Shown: positions 20,065 through 29,666, counted from the stretch's first letter. The stretch is DNA of 64,000 bases from Bacteroidia bacterium (GCA_041665785.1 JBAYIE010000006.1:38021-102020); one strand, 5' to 3'. Notes: generated by a model from the sequence alone, not told the origin. Numbers and translations: made by a program.

Positions 20065-20511
20065 TCATTTAACTTTTCCTTTCCCCTTAACTTTTAAGAT
20101 AGTCAGACCAAAAGGTGCCTTCAACTCTTTGTAATCATACATATTCAGGTATAAAGTCAGTGTATCAAAGGTATCTTCCCAGGTAACCTTGTACATATCC
20201 AGTAAAGCCATGCCATCAAATCCATGTTGGCTTTTTACCGGACAACAACTGCCCGCTCTGAAATAGCTTACTTTTTCGCCATGCGGACCAGCCAATGCAT
20301 TAAAAAATCTTCGCTGGTTTAACGGACCTTCATTTTTGGATGCACCTCCCACTTCTATTGGGTTTTTCTCTGAATATCCATACGTATTATCCGTAGATAT
20401 TTCAGTCAGCAAAACGGTTTGTTCGTTAAGCAGCCTTGGTTTTGCTGCATGCCGCGAAGCGGAACAGGAAAACACCATCGTCGAAATCCAGATGAAAATG
20501 AAATGCTTCAT
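20065..20511 (-). CDS. Hypothetical secreted protein or lipoprotein.
   Basis: Probable start at MKHFIFIWISTMVFSCSA (lipoprotein-like). The ORF track extends 21 codons further upstream. Confidence 0.45.
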   Translation of the reverse strand: MKHFIFIWISTMVFSCSASRHAAKPRLLNEQTVLLTEISTDNTYGYSEKNPIEVGGASKNEGPLNQRRFFNALAGPHGEKVSYFRAGSCCPVKSQHGFDGMALLDMYKVTWEDTFDTLTLYLNMYDYKELKAPFGLTILKVKGKGKVK

Positions 20512-20723
20512 TAGATTTTCTTTACGAATGAGAACAAAACCAACATATCCAAAGCGATTTAACGCTTTAGTCATACTTCTCCTGAAGGGTTCTTTAAAGG
20601 TACAAAGCTTTCAGGTGAAGGCAAATTAAATTGATGGCCATTTGCAAATCTGAATTAGAAAAATGACCATTTACGGATATTGCACCATCGTATTTAACGG
20701 TCTATTGATTACATACATTTGTA

Positions 20724-21782
20724 TTAACGCCTGCCATACATAGCCTCGTAATACTGCTGATATGTTCCATTGGTAATATCATCCAGCCAATCCTGATTGT
20801 TTAAATACCAATCTACCGTCAATTCCAATCCCTGTTCCGGTTGAACAGTCGGCTTCCAGCCCAATTCCGCAGTAATCTTTTGTGCATCGATAGCATAGCG
20901 CAAATCGTGTCCGGCACGGTCGGTTACGAAGGTGATTAATTTTTCTGCTGTCCCCGATTCGTTGTTGAACCTGGTATCCATGATCCTGCAAAGCATCCGA
21001 ATCAGGTCGATATTCCGCGTTTCGTTATTTCCACCAACGTTATAGGTTTCACCAATTCGACCGCTGTGAAAAATAAGGTCGATGGCCTGCGCATGATCTT
21101 TTACAAAAAGCCAGTCGCGTATGTTTTCGCCTTTGCCATAAACAGGCAGGGGAATGCTTTTGCGAATATTGTGAATGCACAAGGGAATCAACTTCTCGGG
21201 AAACTGGTTGGGACCGTAGTTATTGGAACAGTGGCTCAACACAACGGGCAACCTATACGTATTGTGATAGGCTCGTACAAAATGGTCGGATCCGGCTTTG
21301 GATGCTGAATAAGGCGATTGCGGATCGTATGGAGTGTTTTCAGAAAATAAACCATCTGTACCTAAACTGCCATAAACTTCATCGGTTGAAACGTGATAAA
21401 AGAGTTTACCTGCATAATTTCCATTCCAGTTTTCGCGGCAAGCATTCAACAGATTTACAGTTCCGATAATATTGGTAAGCACAAAATCCATTGGACTTTC
21501 AATCGACCGGTCTACATGCGTTTCAGCTGCCAGATGAATCACACTGTCAAATGCGTGTTTTGCAAAAAGTGCATTTACCATTTCAGCATCGGTTATATCT
21601 CCTTTGATGAATTGATAATTGGACCGGCCTTCCAAATCGCTCAGGTTCTCGAGATTACCAGCATAGGTAAGTTTATCTAAGTTGAAGATCTTCGCATCCG
21701 GGTAATTGTTCACAAACAGGCGTACCACATGCGAACCAATAAATCCGGCACCTCCCGTTATAAGTATTTTTCTATTTCCCAT
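20724..21782 (-). CDS. rfbB: dTDP-glucose 4,6-dehydratase.
   Basis: ILITGGAGFIGSH..., catalytic TDEVYG and YSASKAGSDHFVRAY motifs. Confidence 0.9.
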   Translation of the reverse strand: MGNRKILITGGAGFIGSHVVRLFVNNYPDAKIFNLDKLTYAGNLENLSDLEGRSNYQFIKGDITDAEMVNALFAKHAFDSVIHLAAETHVDRSIESPMDFVLTNIIGTVNLLNACRENWNGNYAGKLFYHVSTDEVYGSLGTDGLFSENTPYDPQSPYSASKAGSDHFVRAYHNTYRLPVVLSHCSNNYGPNQFPEKLIPLCIHNIRKSIPLPVYGKGENIRDWLFVKDHAQAIDLIFHSGRIGETYNVGGNNETRNIDLIRMLCRIMDTRFNNESGTAEKLITFVTDRAGHDLRYAIDAQKITAELGWKPTVQPEQGLELTVDWYLNNQDWLDDITNGTYQQYYEAMYGRR

Positions 21783-21860
21783 GAATGTTTTCCCTGAAAT
21801 TATGGATCACTAAGTTAACGCATAAGCGGGAAATTCCTGTATGCAGGTTACAATCAATCG

Positions 21861-22883
21861 TTACCCGTTATTTCCGGCACCGGCTTGTTCCCATTTCCAG
21901 GCGCTGCGCAACATATCCTCTATGCCGTATTTGGCCTTCCAATTGAGTTCCCGTGCAGCCAGTGAGGTGTCTGCGTATACCGCACCTACATCACCTTCGC
22001 GCCTTCCGGTAAGTATATAAGGAATGGCAATCCCACTTACTTTCCCAAATGCATTGATGAGGTCGAGTACCGAATAACCAACACCGGTTCCAATATTGAA
22101 GATTTCGAATTTCTTTTTATTCTGGCCTTTTATCAGCCTTTCCAAAGCCGCAATATGCGCTGTGGCCACGTCCACCACATGAATATAATCCCGGACGCAG
22201 GTGCCGTCAGCAGTATGATAATCACTGCCAAAAACATTCAGGTGCGCTCTTTTGCCTAAAGCGGTTTCGGTTATATACGGCACCAGATGATGGGGAGGAC
22301 CGTGTTGTACTTCGCCAATCAATGCCGTTTCATGTGCCCCGATCGGATTGAAATAGCGCAAGGCTAAGGCTTCAATGGGTTTGGTTTTACTGGTATGCTC
22401 CAGAATCTCTTCGCCCATTTGCTTTGTATTGCCATAGGTAGATTCAGCTTTCTTAACCGGCTCCATTTCAGTAACGGGCAAGGTGTTTGGATTACCATAA
22501 ACCGTACACGAAGAACTGAACACAATATGTTTCACTCCATGTTCCACCATAGCCTTGAGCAGGTTGATCTGCGAAAAAAGGTTATTGTGGTAGTATTTTA
22601 ATGGTTCTGCAACCGATTCATCCACCAGCAGAATTGCAGCAAAATGAATTACTGCCTTAATTTGAGGTTCGTCGCGAAACAATTGTTCCACTTCTGAAAA
22701 GTTGCATAATTCAGTTTGGTAAAATGAAGGTCGCTTTCCGGTAATCTGCTCAATGCGGTCCAGTACTTCGATGCGCGAATTCGACAGATTATCAGCAATT
22801 ACAACATCGTATCCAGCCTGAATCAGCTCAACTACAGTGTGTGAACCGATATAGCCGGTACCCCCGGTAACAAGGATTTTCAT
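21861..22883 (-). CDS. galE: UDP-glucose 4-epimerase.
   Basis: MKILVTGGTGYIGSHTVVEL, YGNTKQMGEEIL (YxxxK), RYFNPIGAH. Confidence 0.9.
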   Translation of the reverse strand: MKILVTGGTGYIGSHTVVELIQAGYDVVIADNLSNSRIEVLDRIEQITGKRPSFYQTELCNFSEVEQLFRDEPQIKAVIHFAAILLVDESVAEPLKYYHNNLFSQINLLKAMVEHGVKHIVFSSSCTVYGNPNTLPVTEMEPVKKAESTYGNTKQMGEEILEHTSKTKPIEALALRYFNPIGAHETALIGEVQHGPPHHLVPYITETALGKRAHLNVFGSDYHTADGTCVRDYIHVVDVATAHIAALERLIKGQNKKKFEIFNIGTGVGYSVLDLINAFGKVSGIAIPYILTGRREGDVGAVYADTSLAARELNWKAKYGIEDMLRSAWKWEQAGAGNNG

Positions 22884-22888
22884 ACCAA

Positions 22889-23242
22889 TCAGGCTTGTTC
22901 AGCAGTTTCTTCCCCTTCGGTTTCTTCTTCTTCGCGGGTAGTGCCTTCCATCAGGTGACGGATATCGATTAATTCGTCTTTGTTGTACTTATTCTGGTAA
23001 TCCAACAACAGATCCAGGAAATAATCCAGATTCGCTTTTCCGTCTTCTTCTTCCAGGTATAAAAAAGTATAATCGCCGTTTGCTTCAATATTCTCATAAG
23101 CCAGACGGATCATGCGTACATATCCGGGCTCATTCAGGTTGCTCTTAAACCATTCGCGCAGTGCTTTCAGCTGTTCTATCGCCTTTACTCCAACCCCTTC
23201 ATTAGCCAATGTATTTTTCAGCGCTTCCAACAAGTTTTTCAT
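22889..23242 (-). CDS. Hypothetical acidic protein.
   Basis: 117 aa with an acidic C-terminus (TTREEEETEGEETAEQA). Only 5 nt downstream of galE, so probably co-transcribed. Confidence 0.45.
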   Translation of the reverse strand: MKNLLEALKNTLANEGVGVKAIEQLKALREWFKSNLNEPGYVRMIRLAYENIEANGDYTFLYLEEEDGKANLDYFLDLLLDYQNKYNKDELIDIRHLMEGTTREEEETEGEETAEQA

Positions 23243-23305
23243 CTTTATTTGAGTTTTGTTTTGGCAACGAAACTAAACAATTTAAATATTGTAAAAAACT
23301 CAAAT

Positions 23306-23677
23306 ATGAAAGCGATCTCAACCATAGGCCTGCTGGTAGTTTCCAACCTCTTTATGACATTTGCCTGGTATGGCCATTTACAGTTTCAGAAAATAGGCTG
23401 GTTTAAAGGTACGGGGTTGATTGGAATCATCCTGATCAGCTGGTTTATCGCCTTGCTTGAATATGCTTTTCAGGTGCCGGCCAATCGCATAGGTTTTTCA
23501 AACAACGGTGGACCTTTTTCTATGGTTGAACTCAAAACCATTCAGGAAGCTATTTCTATTTTGGTCTTTATCCTGGTCAATGTGTTCATTTTTCGTGAAG
23601 GCCCTGTTCAATGGAATCATGCCCTTGGATTTATCCTCATCATTTTGGCGGTTTATATTATCTTTAAAAAGTGGTAA
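23306..23677 (+). CDS. Small DMT-superfamily membrane protein (DUF486-like).
   Basis: Four predicted transmembrane helices and AWYGHLQFQ / FQVPANRIGF motifs. Start taken at MKAIST. Confidence 0.55.
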   Translation: MKAISTIGLLVVSNLFMTFAWYGHLQFQKIGWFKGTGLIGIILISWFIALLEYAFQVPANRIGFSNNGGPFSMVELKTIQEAISILVFILVNVFIFREGPVQWNHALGFILIILAVYIIFKKW

Positions 23678-24285
23678 ACAAGATGCATCCCCGCGCAGCA
23701 CAGGCTCTATCGGTTGTTTTTCACCCGGTTTTTGTAAACAGTTTTTCGCTTCTGCTGTTGTTTCTGCTTTTTCCTTCACTGCGGTATGGAGTACATCCGG
23801 CGATGAAAGTTTTTTACTGGTCCGTTATTTTCATTTCTACCGGAATTGTTCCCATGGCCTGGGTAGGTGTGTCACGCCTGTTGGGCAAAATCGATTCTAT
23901 CCTGTTGCCCAACAGCGACGACCGCAACCTGCCTTATATTCTTACAGCCAGTTTGTACATGCTCGATTTTTACCTGGCCGGACAATGGGGTGCTTCTTCT
24001 CTTTTCAGAGCCTATTTGCTGGCTTGCAGCAGCGTGGTTGTTTCTGTGTTAATCATCAATCAATTTACTAAAATAAGTATCCATGCTGCCAGTTTAGGAG
24101 CTCTGGCCGCCGTTATTCACCAATCGGCATTGGTAGCGGGTTTTGATGTGCGTTACCTGATGATTGCTGCATTGGTGATTTCAGGTTTGGTACTTTCTGC
24201 TCGTCTTTGGGCTGAATCACACACATCAACTCAAGTGTATTTAGGTTTCTTGGTTGGTTTCTTATGGATGGTACTAATGTTATAA
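23671..24285 (+). CDS. Integral membrane protein, possibly PAP2-like.
   Basis: Multiple transmembrane helices. KISIHAAS and ARLWAESH only partially match PAP2 motifs 2 and 3. Low confidence. Confidence 0.45.
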   Translation: MVNKMHPRAAQALSVVFHPVFVNSFSLLLLFLLFPSLRYGVHPAMKVFYWSVIFISTGIVPMAWVGVSRLLGKIDSILLPNSDDRNLPYILTASLYMLDFYLAGQWGASSLFRAYLLACSSVVVSVLIINQFTKISIHAASLGALAAVIHQSALVAGFDVRYLMIAALVISGLVLSARLWAESHTSTQVYLGFLVGFLWMVLML

Positions 24286-24339
24286 CGAATTGCTGAATTT
24301 GTCCTATTGCTCAACTATATTCATTACAAAGCCCTACAG

Positions 24340-24850
24340 GAAATGCATTCTTCATTTTTCCCGCCGCCGCTGCGCTATGGCGAGGCGAGGCATTTTTCAT
24401 TCTTCATTTCATGTCCCGACAGCAGGGCTAGTCAGTCTTCGTTAAAGCTACTACCGGTCAAGTTCGCTATAGCTATGGCGAGACAAGGCATTTTCTCACC
24501 TCGCGTTGTTCAACCGCGTTGCGGTTGTGGGGTCTTTTCTTCGCATAGAGTTATGGAGGTTGAACCGCGTTGCGGTTTGTCGGGGCATGATCTGAATTTA
24601 AAGGGATAACATAACGCATTAACGAATATGCGATTCATATTGCCCAACATCGTTTTGGTGAGATGAGTCAGTCTTCGCTATAGCTTCGACAGAACAAATC
24701 CATCTACGATAAAGCTACGGCGAGGCAACGCATTCTTCATTCTTCCCGCCGCCGCTAAGGCTTTGGCGAGACAAGGCATTTTTCCCTCCTACGCTAATGC
24801 TACTGTGGACAATGCATTCCTCATTTTTAATTCTTCATTTTTAATTTTAA
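24340..24850. repeat. Composite intergenic repeat locus 3: two CATTCTTCATT + CCCGCCGCCGCT + GGCGAG boxes flanking two AACCGC-GTT-GCGGTT hairpin boxes.
   Basis: gcattcttcatttttcccgccgccgctgcgctatggcgaggcgaggcattttt. tgttcaaccgcgttgcggttgtgg. atggaggttgaaccgcgttgcggtttg. gcattcttcattcttcccgccgccgctaaggctttggcgagacaaggcattttt. Confidence 0.7.
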
Positions 24851-24863
24851 TTATCTTCCCGCC

Positions 24864-25646
24864 ATGAGTTACGAAACCATTTTATATGAAGTAAACGACG
24901 GTATAGCTACCCTCACGCTGAACCGTCCGGATGTATTCAATGCCTTTAACGAACAGCAGAGTTTTGATGTGCTGGACGCATTGAAAAAAACCGAAAAAGA
25001 TAAATCCATCCGTGTACTGATTATCACAGGAGCAGGCAAAGCGTTTTGTTCGGGTCAGGACCTGAAAAGTATAGCCGGAAGCCAGAATCGTTCCTTGAGC
25101 GATTCGTTGTACAAACGTTACAATCCCATGATCCGTGCATTGCGCAACATACCCATACCGGTTATATGCAAACTCAACGGTGTGGCTGCAGGCGCCGGAT
25201 GCTCGCTAGCACTGGCCTGCGATTTTATTGTAGCGTCAGAGGTTGCAACGTTAATTGAAGTGTTTATACATGTTGGTCTGGTACTTGATTCCGGATCTTC
25301 ATACTTCCTTCCGCGTATAGTTGGATCCAACCGTGCATTTGAACTCAGTACCATGGGTGGAAAAGTTTCGGCTATGCAGGCACTCGAATGGGGAATGGTA
25401 AACCGTCTAGTGAAACATGAAGAACTGGATGCAGAGACGCAAAAAATTGCAGCCTTTTATGCGCAAGCTCCTACCAAGGCAATTGCATTGATCAAAAAAA
25501 TGCTGAATAAATCTTCTCACTCAGATCTCGATACCATGTTGCAGTACGAAGCCTATTGCCAGGAAATTGCAGGTCGCAGCGATGATTACAAAGAGGGCGT
25601 TAGTGCTTTCAACGAAAAACGTAAAGCAGCATTCAAAGGTTCATAA
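24864..25646 (+). CDS. Enoyl-CoA hydratase/isomerase (crotonase) family protein.
   Basis: LTLNRPDVFNAFN, ITGAGKAFCSGQDLK, VICKLNGVAAGAGCSLALACDF. Confidence 0.85.
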   Translation: MSYETILYEVNDGIATLTLNRPDVFNAFNEQQSFDVLDALKKTEKDKSIRVLIITGAGKAFCSGQDLKSIAGSQNRSLSDSLYKRYNPMIRALRNIPIPVICKLNGVAAGAGCSLALACDFIVASEVATLIEVFIHVGLVLDSGSSYFLPRIVGSNRAFELSTMGGKVSAMQALEWGMVNRLVKHEELDAETQKIAAFYAQAPTKAIALIKKMLNKSSHSDLDTMLQYEAYCQEIAGRSDDYKEGVSAFNEKRKAAFKGS

Positions 25647-25655
25647 TCCAGGCGT

Positions 25656-26054
25656 ATGAAAACAACCGATATCCACCAAACACTCACCTTCCCAACCACT
25701 CCGCTTGATCTGTATCAATGCCTGATGGATGAACGAAAGCACAGTTCATTCACCGGATCTCCTGCAGTGATTGAAGACAAAGAAGACACATCCTTCACAA
25801 CATATGATGGATATATTGAAGGTAAAAATATTGTACTGGAACGCGGAAAGAAAATTGTGCAAACCTGGAAAGCCAACGAAGAAGAATGGCCGGAAAATCA
25901 CTTTTCGGAAGTGGTTTTTTCGCTGAGTGCGTCGCCTGAAGGTTGCCTGCTTGAATTTTATCATACTGCCGTTCCGGAGACTTTGGCTAAGGATATAGAG
26001 GCAGGCTGGGCCCAATATTACTGGGATCCATTGCGGTATTACCTGAACCGGTAA
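25656..26054 (+). CDS. SRPBCC superfamily protein (AHSA1 / activator of Hsp90 ATPase-like).
   Basis: 132 aa with a start and length consistent with an AHSA1-type domain. Confidence 0.6.
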   Translation: MKTTDIHQTLTFPTTPLDLYQCLMDERKHSSFTGSPAVIEDKEDTSFTTYDGYIEGKNIVLERGKKIVQTWKANEEEWPENHFSEVVFSLSASPEGCLLEFYHTAVPETLAKDIEAGWAQYYWDPLRYYLNR

Positions 26055-26159
26055 GTTTATCGGTGTGCGGTTTTTGTAACTCTTAAACTAGTTGCACCAA
26101 CTTGTCCTGCAATCTTCCTTTATTGATTTTACTGGTTAGTCATCACTTAACTTCGACCT

Positions 26160-26715
26160 ACAGGTACGTCGCGATGTACAACCGCGTTGCGGTTGGATGT
26201 CACGTCAGCTGCCTACGCCATCTGTTATTGAGGTGAAACCGCGTTGCGGTTAGTTGCTGCTGGCTATGGTTTCAGCTATTGGGTGAGATATAGCATTACG
26301 ATCAGTTGCTTGCTATCTTTGGCTTCGGTTATTGAGGTGTAACCGCGTTGCGGTTAGTTGCGGTTAGTTGCTGCTGGCTATGGTTTCCGTAAGCAGAGTG
26401 ATATTGCGTTACGATTAGTTGCTCGCTTACTTTGGCTTCGGTTATTGAGGGGTAACCGCGTTGCGGTTTGTTGAGGTTAGTTGCTGCTGGCTATGGTTTC
26501 CGTTAGCAGAGTGATATTGCGTTGCAATTAGTTGCTTGCTGTCCTTAGCTTTTGTTATTGAGGTGTAACCGCATTGCGGTTAGTTGCATCGTTGCATAAT
26601 GATAGATTATGAATCGTTTCCTTCCCCTGCACTTCGGTGAGGCGATGCATTCTTCCCGCCGCCGCTAAAGCTACCGCGGGCAATGCATTTTTCATTCTTC
26701 ATTCTTCATTTTCTC
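26160..26715. repeat. Composite intergenic repeat locus 4, including a ~3.4-copy tandem array of ~105-119 bp units (26223..26590). Each unit carries the AACCGC-GTT-GCGGTT hairpin. The locus ends with CCCGCCGCCGCT and (CATTCTT)n boxes.
   Basis: Units begin gttattgagg(t/g)g(t/a)aaccgcgttgcggttagttgc...gctgctggctatggtttc...gatattgcgtt(a/g)c(g/a)attagttgct...ctttggcttcg. Terminal gatgcattcttcccgccgccgctaaagctaccgcgggcaatgcatttttcattcttcattcttcatttt. Confidence 0.75.
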
Positions 26716-27105
26716 CCCCACCCATTCCCGTATATAATCAACAATCTCATGGGTATTGGCGCCCGGAAGAAACAATTTTCCAACGCCTGCTTTTGTGAGT
26801 GTTTTTAAATCTTCGTCCGGAATAATTCCACCACCTGTAAGCAGAATATCGCTGAGGCCTTCCTGCTTCATCAATTCGAGTAACCTTGGAAATACAGTAT
26901 TGTGTGCCCCTGATAAGATACTCACACCGATTACATCCACATCTTCCTGGAGGGCTGATTTAACAACCATTTCAGGTGTCTGACGCAATCCGGTGTAAAT
27001 AACTTCCATGCCGGCATCGCGCAGTGCGGTGGCAATTACTTTGGCTCCGCGGTCGTGGCCATCGAGGCCAACTTTTGCTACCAGTACGCGTATAGGTCTA
27101 TTCAT
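26692..27105 (-). CDS. Cobalamin (B12)-binding domain protein, similar to the methylmalonyl-CoA mutase C-terminal domain.
   Basis: [33 protein letters not shown]...[14 protein letters not shown]12-binding Rossmann signature (DxHxxG). The final KMKNEE-stop is encoded by the CATTCTTCATT repeat box. Confidence 0.8.
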   Translation of the reverse strand: MNRPIRVLVAKVGLDGHDRGAKVIATALRDAGMEVIYTGLRQTPEMVVKSALQEDVDVIGVSILSGAHNTVFPRLLELMKQEGLSDILLTGGGIIPDEDLKTLTKAGVGKLFLPGANTHEIVDYIREWVGEKMKNEE

Positions 27106-27749
27106 TTTTTCTGAGATACAGGATCTATAGGTTCAAAACGAATCGTATTCTTATTCCCCACTTCCCGTTTGAAATAGCGAAGCAATTGTGCTTCATTCAT
27201 TTGATAAAAAACGACGGAATCTTTCTTCCCCTCCGGAATTTTACTCAGCAATTTTAGCATGGTAACATCTTTGGCATACACCTCCCGATAATTCATTTGA
27301 TCCTTATTGCGTGTAAGCAAAGTAAGCTGAAGGTAATTTTTAAGCCGGTCTTTTTGTAAAGCTTTATCGGATGCATTGATGGACGAAAACCGAATTTCAT
27401 CTCCTGCTTTCCAGCAAATATTCGAATTCCAGAATTGCGGTTCCTGATCATCCTTTTTCGAGATGAAATATAAATTTTGATACTGGCTCAACATGGACGA
27501 GGAATCTATTTTAAATTCTGTTTTCCATCCCGATTCTTCCAACGATTCAATGCGATCAGCAAAGATCCGGATGCGAACAGAATCCAATTTTTTGTGTTGA
27601 AAGAATCCCTGAAATCCACCAACCATCCAATGGTATTCACCTTGCAATTCTTTTGGAAATTCCGGAACCGGTTGACCCGGAAAGCGATCAAGACGACTTA
27701 CTGTACAAGCCGATAAAACGATCAGGAAGAAAAGAATGAGTCGGTTCAT
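27102..27749 (-). CDS. Hypothetical lipoprotein.
   Basis: Likely start at [17 protein letters not shown] (lipobox). The ORF track extends further upstream, into the gltX 3' end. Confidence 0.45.
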   Translation of the reverse strand: MNRLILFFLIVLSACTVSRLDRFPGQPVPEFPKELQGEYHWMVGGFQGFFQHKKLDSVRIRIFADRIESLEESGWKTEFKIDSSSMLSQYQNLYFISKKDDQEPQFWNSNICWKAGDEIRFSSINASDKALQKDRLKNYLQLTLLTRNKDQMNYREVYAKDVTMLKLLSKIPEGKKDSVVFYQMNEAQLLRYFKREVGNKNTIRFEPIDPVSQKK

Positions 27750-29278
27750 GCGTGTAACGCTTTCAATGCATTTTGCAAACGCAATATCGTATTTTCTTTT
27801 CCAAACAAAGCACACATTTCGAAGATAGGTGGTCCGCCGGCTACGCCTGTTAAACACACGCGCAACAATTGCAGGAAATCTTTGTTGGAAACTTCGTTTT
27901 GGTTTAATGCATCGTTATATGATTGTTCTACTACAACTGCATCAAAAGTAGTAGCCTGCTTCAAGCCATTGATTAAACTATTCAATACTGCCGGCGATTT
28001 TTCATTCCACCGTTTACTTACCACTCCCTGATCATATTCCGAAGGAACTACAAACAAATAATTTCCCATTTCCCACAATTCCCTGGTGAAGGAAATTTTT
28101 TCCTTAATCAGTTCGGTTGCTTTGGCAATGTATGCATCATCCACCTGCAATTGATGCGCCAACACCTGCTTTTTCATTTCTGCAACCAAAAGCGCTGTAT
28201 CTGAATGTCTGACGTATTGCTGATTGTACCACCGTGCCTTATTCTGATCAAACTTTGCACCTGATTTACTTACCCGGTCGAGCGAAAATGCGGCAACCAA
28301 TTCTTCCTTTGAATAAATTTCCTGGTTGGTCCCCGGATTCCATCCCAAAAATGCCAATAGGTTCACCACAGCTTCAGGCATATATCCGGTTTCGCGGTAA
28401 CCGCTCGAAATTTCGCCACTCGTTGGGTCTTTCCATTCCAGAGGGAAAACCGGGAATCCCAAACGATCGCCATCTCGTTTGCTGAGCTTTCCGTTACCTT
28501 CCGGTTTCAGCAACAAAGGCAGATGCGCAAACTTCGGCATTACTTCTTCCCATCCTAAAAAACGGTACAATAAAACATGTAAAGGTGCAGATGGCAACCA
28601 TTCTTCACCACGGATCACATGGGTAATTTGCATCAAATAATCATCCACCACATTCGCCATATGATACGTAGGCATTCCATCGCTTTTATACAATACCTTA
28701 TCGTCCATTTGCGAAGTATTGAAACTCACCCATCCTCGGATCTCATCGTGAAATTTCACTTCCTCCTTGCGCGGCAACTTTATGCGCACCACATACGGCA
28801 GACCTTGCTCCAGCCGGCGCTTCACTTCATCCTCGGGCAGCGTGGTAGAATTGTTCATGGCACTGCGCGTAATAGCATCGTACTTGGCATCCACATTCGA
28901 TGCTTTCAACCGTTCGCGCATCGCATCCAATTCTTCCGGTGTATCAAAAGCATAATAAGCATGACCGGCTTCTATAAGCTGATCCACATATTTTTTATAC
29001 ATGGGTTTGCGATCACTCTGGCGGTAAGGTGCATGTGGACCATCGCCAAACCCTATTCCTTCGTTGGGTTCAATCCCCAGCCAACGCAACGATTCAATGA
29101 TATACTGTTCTGCTCCCGGTACAAAGCGTGTCTGATCAGTATCTTCAATACGGAGTATAAAATCTCCTCCGTGTTTTTTAGCCAGTAAATAATTATACAA
29201 GGCAGTGCGCACACCACCAATGTGCAAAGGCCCCGTAGGACTGGGGGCAAATCGTACCCTAACTCTTCTGTCTGTCAT
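27746..29278 (-). CDS. gltX: Glutamate--tRNA ligase.
   Basis: RFAPSPTGPLHIGGVRTALYNY (HIGH motif) and GNGKLSKRDG (KMSKS motif). Confidence 0.9.
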   Translation of the reverse strand: MTDRRVRVRFAPSPTGPLHIGGVRTALYNYLLAKKHGGDFILRIEDTDQTRFVPGAEQYIIESLRWLGIEPNEGIGFGDGPHAPYRQSDRKPMYKKYVDQLIEAGHAYYAFDTPEELDAMRERLKASNVDAKYDAITRSAMNNSTTLPEDEVKRRLEQGLPYVVRIKLPRKEEVKFHDEIRGWVSFNTSQMDDKVLYKSDGMPTYHMANVVDDYLMQITHVIRGEEWLPSAPLHVLLYRFLGWEEVMPKFAHLPLLLKPEGNGKLSKRDGDRLGFPVFPLEWKDPTSGEISSGYRETGYMPEAVVNLLAFLGWNPGTNQEIYSKEELVAAFSLDRVSKSGAKFDQNKARWYNQQYVRHSDTALLVAEMKKQVLAHQLQVDDAYIAKATELIKEKISFTRELWEMGNYLFVVPSEYDQGVVSKRWNEKSPAVLNSLINGLKQATTFDAVVVEQSYNDALNQNEVSNKDFLQLLRVCLTGVAGGPPIFEMCALFGKENTILRLQNALKALHA

Positions 29279-29363
29279 AAGAGCGGCAAAGATAGCAATT
29301 GTACCCTTTGCACCAAACCATGAAATCCTTCGCGAATAGCTGTGAATTCAATACCTTTGGCCC

Positions 29364-29666
29364 ATGATAAAGCATATCGTATTCTGGAAACTGAAAGAGG
29401 AGGCACACGGTTTGGGAAAGGCCGATAATGCCCGCATGATCAAATCAAAATTGGAAAGCTTAAACGGTCAGATTCCGGGCCTGATCAAAGTAGAAGTGGG
29501 TATCGATTTTTTGCATTCGCCCGAATCGGCCGATCTGGTCTTATACAGTGAATTTGAAAGTCGCGAAGCTTTGCAGGTTTATGCTTCACATCCGTTGCAT
29601 ACTGCCATCATGCCTTATATCGCAGAAGCCCGAAGCGAACGAAGGGTGGTAGATTACGAGGATTGA
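29364..29666 (+). CDS. Dabb family stress-responsive A/B-barrel protein.
   Basis: MIKHIVFWKLKEEA...GLIKVEVGIDF...HPLHTAIMPYI is typical of the Dabb domain. Confidence 0.7.
   Translation: MIKHIVFWKLKEEAHGLGKADNARMIKSKLESLNGQIPGLIKVEVGIDFLHSPESADLVLYSEFESREALQVYASHPLHTAIMPYIAEARSERRVVDYED

Noticed and set aside
24307-24609. 100-aa ORF in the plus-strand track
   Set aside because: It lies entirely within the composite repeat (AACCGCGTTGCGGTT and CCCGCCGCCGCT boxes), which makes it a spurious ORF. The same applies to 10748..11242, which overlaps repeat DNA and the antisense of the membrane-protein gene.
26223-26590. Possible CRISPR array (regular ~115-bp period with a conserved hairpin-containing segment)
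   Set aside because: The whole unit, including the would-be spacer, is repeated with only point differences and indels. There are no unique spacers and no cas genes. It belongs to the dispersed intergenic repeat family.
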